From positions 1-40,143 of the IMG/VR virus record IMGVR_UViG_3300020044_002851: a stretch of DNA of 40,143 bases; one strand, given 5' to 3'. Below, piece after piece: positions 10,563 to 19,351 of this stretch. A model generated the notes under the pieces. It saw only the letters and a program-made list of their open reading frames with translations, did no database searches and was not told the origin of the DNA. Within the stretch, counting starts at the first letter, position 1. The number at the start of each line of letters is the position of its first letter. The translations under genes were made by a program, and so were the position numbers. This stretch comes from a virus. Its lineage: Duplodnaviria > Caudoviricetes.

Positions 10563-10743
10563 CTTTATTATCCTCCTCCACTTTCTTTGGTTTAGTATAA
10601 CTAACTAAGTTCTTATGTCCATCGTTATAAAGTTTCTCTAGTTTCTCCTGAGTATAGAAATAACCTCCGATAATCGTTTCTTGAAATCCACCACGCTTTC
10701 TGATGATGGTATTCTCTCCTGGTTTAATTTTCAGCTTGTACAT
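10549..10743 (-). CDS. Hypothetical phage protein (64 aa)
   Basis: Tiled, overlapping operon arrangement. Confidence 0.6.
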   Translation of the reverse strand: MYKLKIKPGENTIIRKRGGFQETIIGGYFYTQEKLEKLYNDGHKNLVSYTKPKKVEEDNKDGEA

Positions 10744-10909
10744 CTTTCTCTTTTGCTAGTTCTTCTAAAAATTCCTTTGCTGATATTGCTTTGATATGTG
10801 GGAATAATTTTCTTAATTCACTCAATTTTAACTTTGTCAAATCAACATTTTTTGGATCAACTTTTTTAACTGCTTTCAGTTTTTTAATCAATTTCTGCTT
10901 GCCTTTCAT
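10724..10909 (-). CDS. Hypothetical basic protein (61 aa)
   Basis: Tiled operon arrangement; Lys-rich. Confidence 0.55.
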   Translation of the reverse strand: MKGKQKLIKKLKAVKKVDPKNVDLTKLKLSELRKLFPHIKAISAKEFLEELAKEKDVQAEN

Positions 10910-11402
10910 ATTCCTTTAATTTACGTTTAAAATCCTTTATTATTGTATAAGCTCCATGGTGAGAAATGTTTAAATGCTTAACCAATCCTCGAACAGTTGT
11001 AATCTTTTTGACTAGATAAATATCCAAGAATCTCAACTCATGCGGCTCTGCATTTAACCTGTACATCTCGATAGCGTATAACCTATTTTGGTAATGGTTA
11101 TCTATAACTTCATCATCCTCCATATATATGTTGTCATTTAGCAATTCGTTTGCGAGAATCTTATTATTAATGTTAAATTCTGAATTATTCCACTTGTAAG
11201 TGTTAGCCGATACCATACGAATAAAGCCGCCTAAACTCCTTTCATTTGGAATCTTAGCGGCTCTGTTGATACACGTTAAATATATTTCGGTTGTGATGTC
11301 TGACACGTTAATAGTAGCGCATTTAGAAGAGTTGACTTTAACTACGGATTGGATTTCATTCCAGTTCGTTTGAAAATATAGGTCAATCTCTTCTTTGTTC
11401 AC
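10884..11402 (-). CDS. Sigma-factor-like putative late transcription regulator
   Basis: Region-2-like DITTEIYL...LGGFIRMV and C-terminal HTH-like TVRGLVKHLNISHHGAYTII, located just upstream of the packaging genes. Confidence 0.55.
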   Translation of the reverse strand: MNKEEIDLYFQTNWNEIQSVVKVNSSKCATINVSDITTEIYLTCINRAAKIPNERSLGGFIRMVSANTYKWNNSEFNINNKILANELLNDNIYMEDDEVIDNHYQNRLYAIEMYRLNAEPHELRFLDIYLVKKITTVRGLVKHLNISHHGAYTIIKDFKRKLKEYERQAEID

Positions 11403-11584
11403 GCAACTAATGTAAGTAAAAAATTCATAACATCAGTCCAATAATTTAAAAGATTTGAATTTGCTTCTGTTGGATCTAACTCTAGATTCTCATGTACCAC
11501 CGCTAAAATCTTCTTGCATTTAATCATAGCTTCAACTAATCCATGATCGTTAACCATTTGCTTTGCTCTAAGTTCTGCTGTCAT
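11399..11584 (-). CDS. Hypothetical phage protein (61 aa), similar to 18960..19166
   Basis: MTAELRAKQMV...YWTDV versus MTAKQKANELV...YWLDV. Confidence 0.6.
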   Translation of the reverse strand: MTAELRAKQMVNDHGLVEAMIKCKKILAVVHENLELDPTEANSNLLNYWTDVMNFLLTLVA

Positions 11585-11847
11585 AACTCCCTCAGATTAT
11601 CCTCGCACGCTTGCTGGTAGGTATCGAATGCGTCTTGCTGCATCTCTGACCAATCAATATACTCGTACATGGTTTTGGCTAGCAGCTCTAGGTTAACCAT
11701 ATCAGCATCCTCCTGGTGTACAAACTCAATTGAATGAATCTTAATATAGTCAGGTCTGAGCGTAAAGTCGCAATAGCTTACTTCGATATCATCGTCTAGT
11801 CTTATTTCAAAGCTAGTTTGTGTACCGTTAAATCCGAAAAGTCTCAT
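11581..11847 (-). CDS. Hypothetical acidic phage protein (88 aa)
   Basis: ATGA overlaps with both neighbours. Confidence 0.65.
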   Translation of the reverse strand: MRLFGFNGTQTSFEIRLDDDIEVSYCDFTLRPDYIKIHSIEFVHQEDADMVNLELLAKTMYEYIDWSEMQQDAFDTYQQACEDNLREL

Positions 11848-12065
11848 AATACTAAGTTATTGTCATTAGCAAACTCTCTTATTTGTTCTCTGAGGTAATG
11901 CGCCATGTTATGTTCATCCTCTGAAGCTTCTCTATTTTGGTAAACATTATGCTTAGTAGTTGACCGCAATAATTGGTCAAGCTGCATTACTGTATGTTTC
12001 CAATCGAAAGCCTCTAGTGCTAGTTTAGCATCTTCTTGATCGTCAAATTCAATTGTTATTTTCAT
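11844..12065 (-). CDS. Hypothetical phage protein (73 aa)
   Basis: Tiled operon arrangement. Confidence 0.65.
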   Translation of the reverse strand: MKITIEFDDQEDAKLALEAFDWKHTVMQLDQLLRSTTKHNVYQNREASEDEHNMAHYLREQIREFANDNNLVL

Positions 12066-12252
12066 CTGTTATGTTTTTAAGTTGATTGTAAATAGATTCC
12101 GATTGTTTTCCCCAGTACATTTCACAAGTCTTGCCATCGAATGGAGGTGTGAAGAAGTAGCTTTGTAGATACTTACTCGCTTCAGCTGTAAATCGGTAAC
12201 AGCTTTCTTTAATTGGGCATCCCTCGCCTGTGCATTTTGTTATGTCAGCCAT
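12049..12252 (-). CDS. Small Cys-rich phage protein (67 aa)
   Basis: MADITKCxxxxCPxxxxCYRF pattern; first gene after a promoter. Confidence 0.7.
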   Translation of the reverse strand: MADITKCTGEGCPIKESCYRFTAEASKYLQSYFFTPPFDGKTCEMYWGKQSESIYNQLKNITDENNN

Positions 12253-12281
12253 ATGTCCAGTTTTTTAATTAATAAACATGA

Positions 12282-12351
12282 CAAATATATGTATATTATT
12301 CTATAAGTTAATCAGTTATGTGATAAACGGTTATAATTAATGATGGGTGGT
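12282..12351 (-). promoter_or_regulatory. Early/middle promoter: TATATTTG (-7) plus upstream bipartite repeat ACCACCCATCA-N9-ACCGTTTATCA
   Basis: Bacteroidota -7 consensus TAnnTTTG at 12282..12289. Same architecture at 17637 and 19352. Confidence 0.7.
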
Positions 12352-12804
12352 GAATGTATCAAACCACTCAACAAACTCATCAAAGCTCCTAACTATAATA
12401 TAAATTCCTCCAGCACGTTCAATTGATTCCTGATAAGACTTTTGTACCTCGCTTTGTTTATCCTTTCCGTACTTAATTTCAATCTTAACTGACCTACCTC
12501 TAATTGTTGCGCTTATATCAGCTGAACCTTTAGTACCTTGTGTTGGAATGTACTTACCTTTGAGTTGCCTCTCGTTCTCACCTACTTTAATCTTAGCGCC
12601 TTCAATATACGTTCCTTGCGTACTGATCCGTTCTGCTTGGTAGCCTTCGTAGTTGATTAAATCAATCACACACTTAGTTAATCCGTTTGCCGATGTGTCG
12701 CTCCATGTCTTGCTTGGTATAGCGTGAGGTGGGAAGTTAGGATACTTCACCGCCATCTGTTTGTAATGGTGGTCTAGTAGTCGGGCTTTGTTTTGTTTGG
12801 TCAT
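12337..12804 (-). CDS. VRR-NUC / PD-(D/E)xK nuclease (resolvase-like)
   Basis: GSADI...KIEIK...QSEVQKSYQESIERAGGIYIIVRS. Confidence 0.8.
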   Translation of the reverse strand: MTKQNKARLLDHHYKQMAVKYPNFPPHAIPSKTWSDTSANGLTKCVIDLINYEGYQAERISTQGTYIEGAKIKVGENERQLKGKYIPTQGTKGSADISATIRGRSVKIEIKYGKDKQSEVQKSYQESIERAGGIYIIVRSFDEFVEWFDTFTTHH

Positions 12805-12947
12805 CTTTGCTTTAATCGTTTAACTTCTTGCTCTAATTCTGTTCGCTTAGTTTTTAAAATTAATTCTTTTTCTTTACTTACCATTTCTTTAATCGATAGC
12901 ATTCCCAAACCTTGAGATACTTCTTTAGCGTTACCTAGTGTTTTCAT
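12801..12947 (-). CDS. Small hypothetical protein (48 aa), below the ORF-track cutoff
   Basis: MKTLGNAKEVSQGLGMLSIKEMVSKEKELILKTKRTELEQEVKRLKQR, with ATGA overlaps at both ends. Confidence 0.65.
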   Translation of the reverse strand: MKTLGNAKEVSQGLGMLSIKEMVSKEKELILKTKRTELEQEVKRLKQR

Positions 12948-13426
12948 TTTGAATGTATTTTTAAATGACATGTTCTACAAACAGATATTAGATCAAACAA
13001 CACTTCATTAAATAAGGTATTGTAATTTTTATGATGTACATCTGTTGCTCTATTTTCTAAACATCCTTGACAAAGAAAATTATCTCTTTCTAAAACTACT
13101 TGACGAATTTTATACCATTTGTCAGATTTCAAGTAATCGTTATATTCTTCTCTTCGTTTTAAGCCTTCTTGATTAAGTTCAAAGTTTCTATAAACTCGAT
13201 ATTCTTCCCAATTAGTATCAGGTAAACTTTCTTTTATCTCGCCAATATTTATTTTATAATCAAGATTTTCTATATCTGATTTTTTATATTTACCACTTGG
13301 TTGGTAATTACAATTACTACATTGTTTTACTATAAATATACGATTATCAGATGTTAATTTATATCTGTAAACTAGTTTGTGTTCTGGGCATTTGTTCTTT
13401 AGCCAATTGTCATAATCAATTATCAT
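12944..13426 (-). CDS. Free-standing HNH endonuclease
   Basis: YLKSDKW...VLERDNFLCQGC...DVHHKNY...LISVCRTCHLKIH, plus an N-terminal CxxH/CxxC region. Confidence 0.85.
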   Translation of the reverse strand: MIIDYDNWLKNKCPEHKLVYRYKLTSDNRIFIVKQCSNCNYQPSGKYKKSDIENLDYKINIGEIKESLPDTNWEEYRVYRNFELNQEGLKRREEYNDYLKSDKWYKIRQVVLERDNFLCQGCLENRATDVHHKNYNTLFNEVLFDLISVCRTCHLKIHSK

Positions 13427-15693
13427 CCTTCTATTTTTTTAATTAAACGTTGTATTTGTACTCTTGAAACTCCTAATAATTCAGCAACCTTTGAACGGTT
13501 AAAGTTTGGATCTGCTGAATGTATAGCTTTTAATTTATCAAATGTATTCTCAACACCTTTAGATGCAGTTTTCAAGTCCTTTATTTCAGTCGCTTCAATC
13601 TTTATCTTCTTTGCATTCATTACAAAATAGTCGCTTAATCTTTCAGCTTTTAATATGCTTTCTTTAGATATTTCCATCGACTTAACATTATCCTCAAACG
13701 CTGAAGAAAATAAATGTATTAATAATGCAAATCTAGGGATGTAACTTTTTTGTTTTGGATACATCGATTTAAGATACTCATTCTCATCTTCATTATTTTG
13801 ATGTTCTGTAATCTTATTGAATATTCGTTTCCATTCGATTTTAGCCTCTTTGTCGAACTTACTTAACTGAGTTTGTATTCTGCCTTCATTATCTCTTTTT
13901 AGTAGTTTAGTTTTAAGCGTTTGAAAAAAGTTAGTTATCGTATCTGAATACCATTGAATATCTGAATAGTGTAATTCATTCTCATTATACTCATCTACTT
14001 TAGCTTCAGGGAAAGTTAAAAGCATACGATCTAAAAATCCATTATCCTTATTCTCATCTGTTGCAAATTGGTTAAATATACTCGGTTGAATACCACCAAG
14101 AACAGGAATAAATGGTTTCTCAATAAACGATCCTTGTCTTGTCATTCTATTAAGTGAAACCGATTTACCACTCCAACATGATAACCAAAATTCTAAATCA
14201 GAGCCTTGTCTATACTTATTCATATCCTTAAACCATCCAGCAAGCTCATCTTTGAATACACCAACAGCATTATCACTTTCTTGGTGCAAATCAACTAATG
14301 CTTCAAGTGTAATATCGTTTGCAATAAATTGTGTTTTGATTGGTTTAGGTGGCTCAGATAGTTCTTCTTTCTCTTTCTTTGGTAAACTCATGTAGTAATT
14401 ATACTGCTCTAGCTGTATGTGATAGCGTTTAATTTCTTTAAAGTTTAGCTTGTTCAAAGGAAATATAATATTATTTATTGAAGGTGTTTTACCTATACCA
14501 GCTTTACCAACTACTGCCAACCAAATAACTCCATTCTCATTCCATCCCCTCTTAACTTCAATCTCAAATGAATTACCAACACAAACTGATATTAACCACA
14601 TCAAAGAACAACCCATGTAATCAATATTACTATCTAGTTTACTATTGCATTCCAAAATGTAGTATTGAATTTCTTTAGGGAATATATCTAAAGGAAATGT
14701 AATATTTTTAATTGGTAAAGGTTTCTCAATTATAGGTTTATTCTCTTCAATTTTCTTCTTTAATCTACTTCCAAAACCTTGATCGTACAAATCAATAGAT
14801 GCTGCTTTAAAATCTCCATTATGATATTTATAAGTATAGGCAGCAAATGGGCTAACTAACTTTTCATGTGGGTAAATTGTACCTGTGCTAAATAGATACA
14901 TACAACCACTATCTCTAAATACTGATCCTGAATGCGCAGCTTCAGATCCATGGCGTTTAATAAGGTAGTGTTTCTTCTTTTGACCGTTTGCTGGTACAAA
15001 AAAATCTTCTTGTATAACATTCCAAATATCAGTCTTTTCATTAAAGTCTTGCCATGGTGTTATTTCATCAGCTGAATAAATCTTTTTATCTTTCTTTGGC
15101 TCTTCAGGTTTATCTTGAATGTAATTATAACTCTTGGAAATATTCCAAAGCGTTTCACGATCAGCATCTGTTACAAATTCAATTTCAAAATAAGTCTTTT
15201 TAGCATATCGTTTATTTGGATACGCAAAGATATATCCACCCGTTCCCCTAGTTTCAATTAAACATTCTTTATGCCCTTTTAATTTAGCTATATCAGTATT
15301 ACCTACAACTCTTTTTGATTTGTAAAGAATGTGAAACCCACCAGAGCGAGTAACATAAACAGTAAATTTATCTTCAAAATCAACTATTGAATCCTTTAAT
15401 GTTTGGTAATACTCATTCCAAAACTCATCCTTTTCAATCTGAGTTGAAAATACTTTAGTATCAATATCAACACATTCAAGAAAATCAAACCCTCCCATGA
15501 ATCCAAATGCTTGAGTACTGGATCTGTTTATACTCTCAATCAATTGTTCCCTAGATTGTTTTTGAGTTTGTAGTATTTTCCATTCTTGGTTAGGTTTCTT
15601 TTGTTCCCCAACTGTAACAACTGAAAAATGGTCTAAAAATGATAGTGCTTGTTGTTCTAATTTTTTTCTTTCTTCAACTGTCATACTTTGCAT
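13423..15693 (-). CDS. Primase-polymerase fused to DUF3987-type helicase/ATPase with C-terminal HTH
   Basis: Prim-Pol motifs CVDID, TRSGGFH and ETRGTGGY; P-loop GKAGIGKT; DITLEAL, DELAGW, GGIQP; terminal HTH RSKVAELLGVSRVQIQR. Confidence 0.85.
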   Translation of the reverse strand: MQSMTVEERKKLEQQALSFLDHFSVVTVGEQKKPNQEWKILQTQKQSREQLIESINRSSTQAFGFMGGFDFLECVDIDTKVFSTQIEKDEFWNEYYQTLKDSIVDFEDKFTVYVTRSGGFHILYKSKRVVGNTDIAKLKGHKECLIETRGTGGYIFAYPNKRYAKKTYFEIEFVTDADRETLWNISKSYNYIQDKPEEPKKDKKIYSADEITPWQDFNEKTDIWNVIQEDFFVPANGQKKKHYLIKRHGSEAAHSGSVFRDSGCMYLFSTGTIYPHEKLVSPFAAYTYKYHNGDFKAASIDLYDQGFGSRLKKKIEENKPIIEKPLPIKNITFPLDIFPKEIQYYILECNSKLDSNIDYMGCSLMWLISVCVGNSFEIEVKRGWNENGVIWLAVVGKAGIGKTPSINNIIFPLNKLNFKEIKRYHIQLEQYNYYMSLPKKEKEELSEPPKPIKTQFIANDITLEALVDLHQESDNAVGVFKDELAGWFKDMNKYRQGSDLEFWLSCWSGKSVSLNRMTRQGSFIEKPFIPVLGGIQPSIFNQFATDENKDNGFLDRMLLTFPEAKVDEYNENELHYSDIQWYSDTITNFFQTLKTKLLKRDNEGRIQTQLSKFDKEAKIEWKRIFNKITEHQNNEDENEYLKSMYPKQKSYIPRFALLIHLFSSAFEDNVKSMEISKESILKAERLSDYFVMNAKKIKIEATEIKDLKTASKGVENTFDKLKAIHSADPNFNRSKVAELLGVSRVQIQRLIKKIEG

Positions 15694-15698
15694 TTAAT

Positions 15699-15790
15699 AA
15701 AAAAGCCCCTATTATACTCATCGGATACCACCTCGACTTTCTAATAAGGGCTAAATAACGCCTTTTGTTCTATAATGTGGTATCGAACTA
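15699..15790 (-). promoter_or_regulatory. Structured 5' leader / putative attenuator of the primase operon
   Basis: Stem AGCCCTTATTA/TAATAGGGGCT followed by a T-tract ending 5 nt before the ATG. Loop GTGGTATC is complementary to upstream GATACCAC. Confidence 0.6.
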
Positions 15791-15794
15791 TACG

Positions 15795-15823
15795 CAAATA
15801 TAATAATTATTATTAATTTACAA
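15795..15823 (-). promoter_or_regulatory. Bacteroidota housekeeping-sigma promoter TTG-N18-TATATTTG
   Basis: Matches the -33/-7 consensus. A second TATATTTG lies at 15827..15834. Confidence 0.7.
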
Positions 15824-15867
15824 GTACAAATATATTCTACTATTGGAATCCTAACTTTTATTACTAG

Positions 15868-16111
15868 TGTAACATGATGTTACACCTATGTTACACCTAA
15901 TGTTGCACCTATTTCTCAATGTTTATAAGGCTTTCAGCGTAATTGTAACGTGTAACATCAAAAAAACCGATAAAATTTTATTTTTTTATTTTAATTTTTA
16001 TTTTACCAAGTGTAACCTATGTTACATGTTACAGGTTACACCATTAAAAAAGCCCCATTTACGGGGCTTCTAGGTTAAATGTTTCAATAAGCAATGTTAC
16101 ACTAGGTAACA
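15868..16111. repeat. Iteron-like GTTAC/GTAAC array around an AT-rich core; putative replication origin
   Basis: About 12 copies in both orientations, including three tandem ATGTTRCACCTA, in the non-coding gap between the SSB and primase genes. Confidence 0.65.
16046..16069 (-). terminator. Intrinsic terminator after the SSB gene
   Basis: AAGCCCCGTAAATGGGGCTTTTTT. Confidence 0.75.
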
Positions 16112-16115
16112 CTTT

Positions 16116-16451
16116 TCAAAATGGCATCCCGTACCCCTCCTCAACACTAGATTGTGCGCTAGTAGTTGATTGTTGGATTCCTACTTTTTCAATCTTCCAA
16201 CCCTCAATCGTATTAAAGTACTTATCTTCGCCTTGTGGATTAGTCCACATTCGACCTCGCAGGTTTACTCCGATTGTAACTTCTGCACCTGGTGATAAGC
16301 CATCCAATAAGCTGCATTTGTCCTGAGTAAACTGTATCTCAATTTCTTGAGGATACGTATCACTAGTAACAACTACTAGTGTACGCTTTGAGAACTTGTC
16401 GCTAACTACCTGAGTAGCGTTTACTAATTTAATCTTTCCTGATACTTCCAT
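16116..16451 (-). CDS. Single-stranded DNA-binding protein (DUF3127-like)
   Basis: FSKRTLVV...YPQEIEIQFTQDK...NLRGRMW...YFNTIEGWKI, with a C-terminal PF. Confidence 0.85.
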   Translation of the reverse strand: MEVSGKIKLVNATQVVSDKFSKRTLVVVTSDTYPQEIEIQFTQDKCSLLDGLSPGAEVTIGVNLRGRMWTNPQGEDKYFNTIEGWKIEKVGIQQSTTSAQSSVEEGYGMPF

Positions 16452-16453
16452 AA

Positions 16454-17101
16454 TTAAAAACTTAATAATTCAACTCCTTTATTCATTTGTATATTCAACT
16501 CATGCGCTTCTTTTAACGCAATCTCACTCCATTCCTGTACCGACTTTAATACTGGCTTTGCATTCGTGCCTAAGTTAATCAAACTTTCTCTATTAATCGA
16601 CCAAACTTTTAAAGGTTTAAGAGCTTCAGGTCTATACGATCCAAAATACAAAGTTGATAGTTTAGGATTAACTGTGAAATAATGTACACATTGATGTACA
16701 TAGTCTAGTGGTATATCCGCACTTAGACAGTTTTCAACGTGTTTCTTAGCTGAAGGACACTTAACCTCGAAACATATAGTTTCATCTTCACTAATGGCGT
16801 CAGGTGATATACCTAAGATTGGACACTCAACAGATTGAAGCCAGCCAACTGATTCGACTTGAACACCAGTATACTGCATCATTTCAAATATTGCTTCAGG
16901 CTCAAGCTCGTTACCTCTCTCCATCGCAGCTGATTGATACGATTCTTCGTGTACATATTGCTCTGTGTATTCTGCTAGCATCTCAAGGTAAAGTGTATCA
17001 CCTTTAGTAAACAATCCTTTTGATCGTGTACCGCCAACTTTAGCCCATCTGACCTCGTGCCATTCTGGAGTTCCTTGTATTATATCTTTTCTTGTTATCA
17101 T
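16454..17101 (-). CDS. YqaJ/lambda-type exonuclease
   Basis: QGTPEWHEVR, MERGNELEPEA, GISPD, EVKCP, YVHQC. Confidence 0.9.
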   Translation of the reverse strand: MITRKDIIQGTPEWHEVRWAKVGGTRSKGLFTKGDTLYLEMLAEYTEQYVHEESYQSAAMERGNELEPEAIFEMMQYTGVQVESVGWLQSVECPILGISPDAISEDETICFEVKCPSAKKHVENCLSADIPLDYVHQCVHYFTVNPKLSTLYFGSYRPEALKPLKVWSINRESLINLGTNAKPVLKSVQEWSEIALKEAHELNIQMNKGVELLSF

Positions 17102-17102
17102 C

Positions 17103-17621
17103 TTAATTTAATTTAGTTTTCATTTCATCTTTCTTTGCTACTACAACTGTCAAACCTTGCTCGGCTTTAGATAAGCTCATGTAACGGTCTTTTAAATCAT
17201 CTAGTGTAGTTGCTCCATTTAATACATTTAAAGCTGCTGTAGCGTCTAATTGTGGTGCTACGTTTAAAGCCTTTCTAATTCTAACACCACCAACGATTTG
17301 ACCTTTCATCTTGACTGTTGCATCGATGTACAGCTCAACTTGTACAGGCATCTTCCATGTGTTTAGATTAGCACCACCGTTACAAAGCCTTCTAATGGTT
17401 GCGGCATTGGTTGCGTTAAGTACTAAAGGCTTGATTGATTCAGCAAAGTAAGCTATATTAAAGTTACCTTTACTTCCAGCGACAACTGCGCCCTGTTCGT
17501 GCCAAACCTCGTTGACAGTTACGATTAGAGATTGACCATTCTCTAGCATTTCCTCTAGATCAATTACTCCGAGGTGGTCTGATTTGTAAGCTATTCGATA
17601 GCTAACGTCTTTTGTTTTCAT
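17103..17621 (-). CDS. Putative recombination / single-strand annealing partner of the exonuclease
   Basis: KPLVLNATN...GGVRIR pattern, directly upstream of the YqaJ and SSB genes. Function inferred. Confidence 0.5.
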   Translation of the reverse strand: MKTKDVSYRIAYKSDHLGVIDLEEMLENGQSLIVTVNEVWHEQGAVVAGSKGNFNIAYFAESIKPLVLNATNAATIRRLCNGGANLNTWKMPVQVELYIDATVKMKGQIVGGVRIRKALNVAPQLDATAALNVLNGATTLDDLKDRYMSLSKAEQGLTVVVAKKDEMKTKLN

Positions 17622-17636
17622 ATGTTTTGTTTTTTG

Positions 17637-17707
17637 TAAAGTTACACAATTAGTTTACTTGTTTACCGTAATTGTGATGAACGGTTGTTATTGGTGATGA
17701 GTGGTAA
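17637..17707 (-). promoter_or_regulatory. Early promoter: TAACTTTA (-7 variant) plus upstream repeat ACCACTCATCA-N9-ACCGTTCATCA
   Basis: Same architecture and spacing (within 1 nt) as 12282 and 19352. Confidence 0.65.
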
Positions 17708-17915
17708 GCCATTGTCTAAACGCTTGTTGTAGTTCTATCTGTTGATTCATTGCATCTAAGTCAGCACCTACCATTAGGAACGCATCGAATGAACGTATCT
17801 CTGTTACAAGTCTATTCCGTTTCATCTTTGCTAGTTGTTGCATCGGTACATCTTCTAAGAAGTCTGCAAGTACTGGAAGTAATTGAGCTGCTAAAAGTTT
17901 TTGTTCGTGTGTCAT
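17688..17915 (-). CDS. Hypothetical phage protein (75 aa)
   Basis: Start moved to MTHEQKLL, which gives an ATGA overlap with the upstream gene. Confidence 0.65.
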   Translation of the reverse strand: MTHEQKLLAAQLLPVLADFLEDVPMQQLAKMKRNRLVTEIRSFDAFLMVGADLDAMNQQIELQQAFRQWLTTHHQ

Positions 17916-18280
17916 ACCATCGCAGCCTCCCACCCTTGTAAATCTTTAACTGAGTAACTTGGGACCAGCATCTCATCTTCATTCGAGTAGATAGCTTCTT
18001 TAACTTGTCCGAAGTATAGATTGCCACCTAATGGTTTATCAAATTTCATTTGTAACGTAATAGCTTTACCCATTGTGACTTTGTATTTATCCATTATCTG
18101 AGTTACAGTTAACCCTGTTACATCAATCCGCTTATCTTTGAAGAAATTGGTAACTACTTGTTGAATAGTTGACTTACTTACATTGAACTTCTTTGACATT
18201 GCTTCAAGTGTCTTAAGGTGAAATTCAACTGTTATATGTTCTTTCTCATCATCTGTTAGTTGTCTAAATGTCTTTCTCAT
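17912..18280 (-). CDS. Putative HTH DNA-binding protein (122 aa)
   Basis: TLEAMSKKFNVSKSTIQQVV is HTH-like, with a second HTH-like TVTQIMDKYKVTMGKA. Confidence 0.55.
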   Translation of the reverse strand: MRKTFRQLTDDEKEHITVEFHLKTLEAMSKKFNVSKSTIQQVVTNFFKDKRIDVTGLTVTQIMDKYKVTMGKAITLQMKFDKPLGGNLYFGQVKEAIYSNEDEMLVPSYSVKDLQGWEAAMV

Positions 18281-18455
18281 CTTCTAAATCTTTAACATCA
18301 AATTCAATATACATTTTTCCATCTAATGTATAATAGTCAACCGATCCATTATCAAAACTAACTACTAATGGATAATCTTCACTTAAGTCTTTTATCCTTG
18401 CGACTGTACCGAAGCACTGGTAATGCTTTGAGTAAACTCTTTGTCCTATATTCAT
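18264..18455 (-). CDS. Hypothetical phage protein (63 aa)
   Basis: IGQRVY...GTV...YPLVVSF...YTLDGK; tiled operon. Confidence 0.65.
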   Translation of the reverse strand: MNIGQRVYSKHYQCFGTVARIKDLSEDYPLVVSFDNGSVDYYTLDGKMYIEFDVKDLEDEKDI

Positions 18456-18727
18456 ATCGAAGTAGGATTTAAGAATTTATCAAACTTATCAAATGCGGCT
18501 ATATCAGAAAACGATTGTCGCTCCATTATTTGACCATCAACTAACCTCATTACTTCAATCGTTTGAGTCTCAGGACACCAGTTAGCTGTAATATTTCCCT
18601 TTTTAAGTTTAGCTAATCGTTTCTCAGTTATAAACCATTCATAACCGTATTGGTCAAGCCATACTTGATCGTTACCAAAATCTAATCGTTTGAATCCTCG
18701 GTCTATTGTATCTTTATATTTTATCAT
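18452..18727 (-). CDS. Hypothetical phage protein (91 aa)
   Basis: Start moved to MIKYKD, immediately after the upstream stop. Confidence 0.6.
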   Translation of the reverse strand: MIKYKDTIDRGFKRLDFGNDQVWLDQYGYEWFITEKRLAKLKKGNITANWCPETQTIEVMRLVDGQIMERQSFSDIAAFDKFDKFLNPTSI

Positions 18728-18728
18728 C

Positions 18729-18917
18729 TTATTTATTTTTATAGGTTTCGTTGTAATATTGTTCTGCTCTGCCAAAATTAGGATCTAAATTTGTTCCCAT
18801 ACTATCATAGACTGCTTTTATTATTTGCTGCTTTTCTAATTCTTTGGCTTGTTCAAATACTGATTCAATATCTTTTGCTAGAATTCTTTGATAAAACCAT
18901 TCTACTGCTGTTTTCAT
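18729..18917 (-). CDS. Hypothetical phage protein (62 aa, MKTAVEW type)
   Basis: MKTAVEWF...EQAKELEKQQII...AEQYYNETY, a pattern common in small Bacteroidota phage proteins. Confidence 0.7.
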   Translation of the reverse strand: MKTAVEWFYQRILAKDIESVFEQAKELEKQQIIKAVYDSMGTNLDPNFGRAEQYYNETYKNK

Positions 18918-18959
18918 ATTATTACCTGATTTATTTATTGTTTTCTTAAGGCTATTACC

Positions 18960-19166
18960 TTAAGATTGGATTGCTTGTATTTCTCGTTTAACATCTAACC
19001 AGTATTCATACGTTGATCTAGTTGCTGCATAAGTCACTTCAATCATCTCATTTACCGCTATCAATGCACATATCTTAGCATTCTCTATCTGTCCTTGTGA
19101 TGAGTAAGCCTCTACATATTCCACATAGCGATCTACTAACTCGTTTGCTTTTTGTTTTGCTGTCAT
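18960..19166 (-). CDS. Hypothetical phage protein (68 aa)
   Basis: MTAKQKANELV...AKICALIAVNE...YWLDVKREI. Confidence 0.7.
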   Translation of the reverse strand: MTAKQKANELVDRYVEYVEAYSSQGQIENAKICALIAVNEMIEVTYAATRSTYEYWLDVKREIQAIQS

Positions 19167-19330
19167 TTGTTCTCGTTTAATTTGATTCTTCTTAACTCGT
19201 TAACTAACTCTACATTGTATGTAGTAAAAAATTGCTTTCTGTTAGCATCGTTAACACCCATTGGAGGTGTATAAGTGTTTTCTACTGTTGTGGGCTTGGT
19301 GTTTTTGTTTAGCCATTTTTTTAGATTCAT
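19163..19330 (-). CDS. First early gene, hypothetical (55 aa)
   Basis: Start moved to MNLKKWL because the ORF-track start lies inside the promoter. Confidence 0.6.
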   Translation of the reverse strand: MNLKKWLNKNTKPTTVENTYTPPMGVNDANRKQFFTTYNVELVNELRRIKLNENK

Positions 19331-19351
19331 ATCTTTTTCGTTTTGTTTCAA

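Noticed and set aside
15868-16111. CRISPR-like mini-array
   Set aside because: The repeats are 6-12 nt, irregularly spaced and in both orientations. There are no spacers or cas genes.
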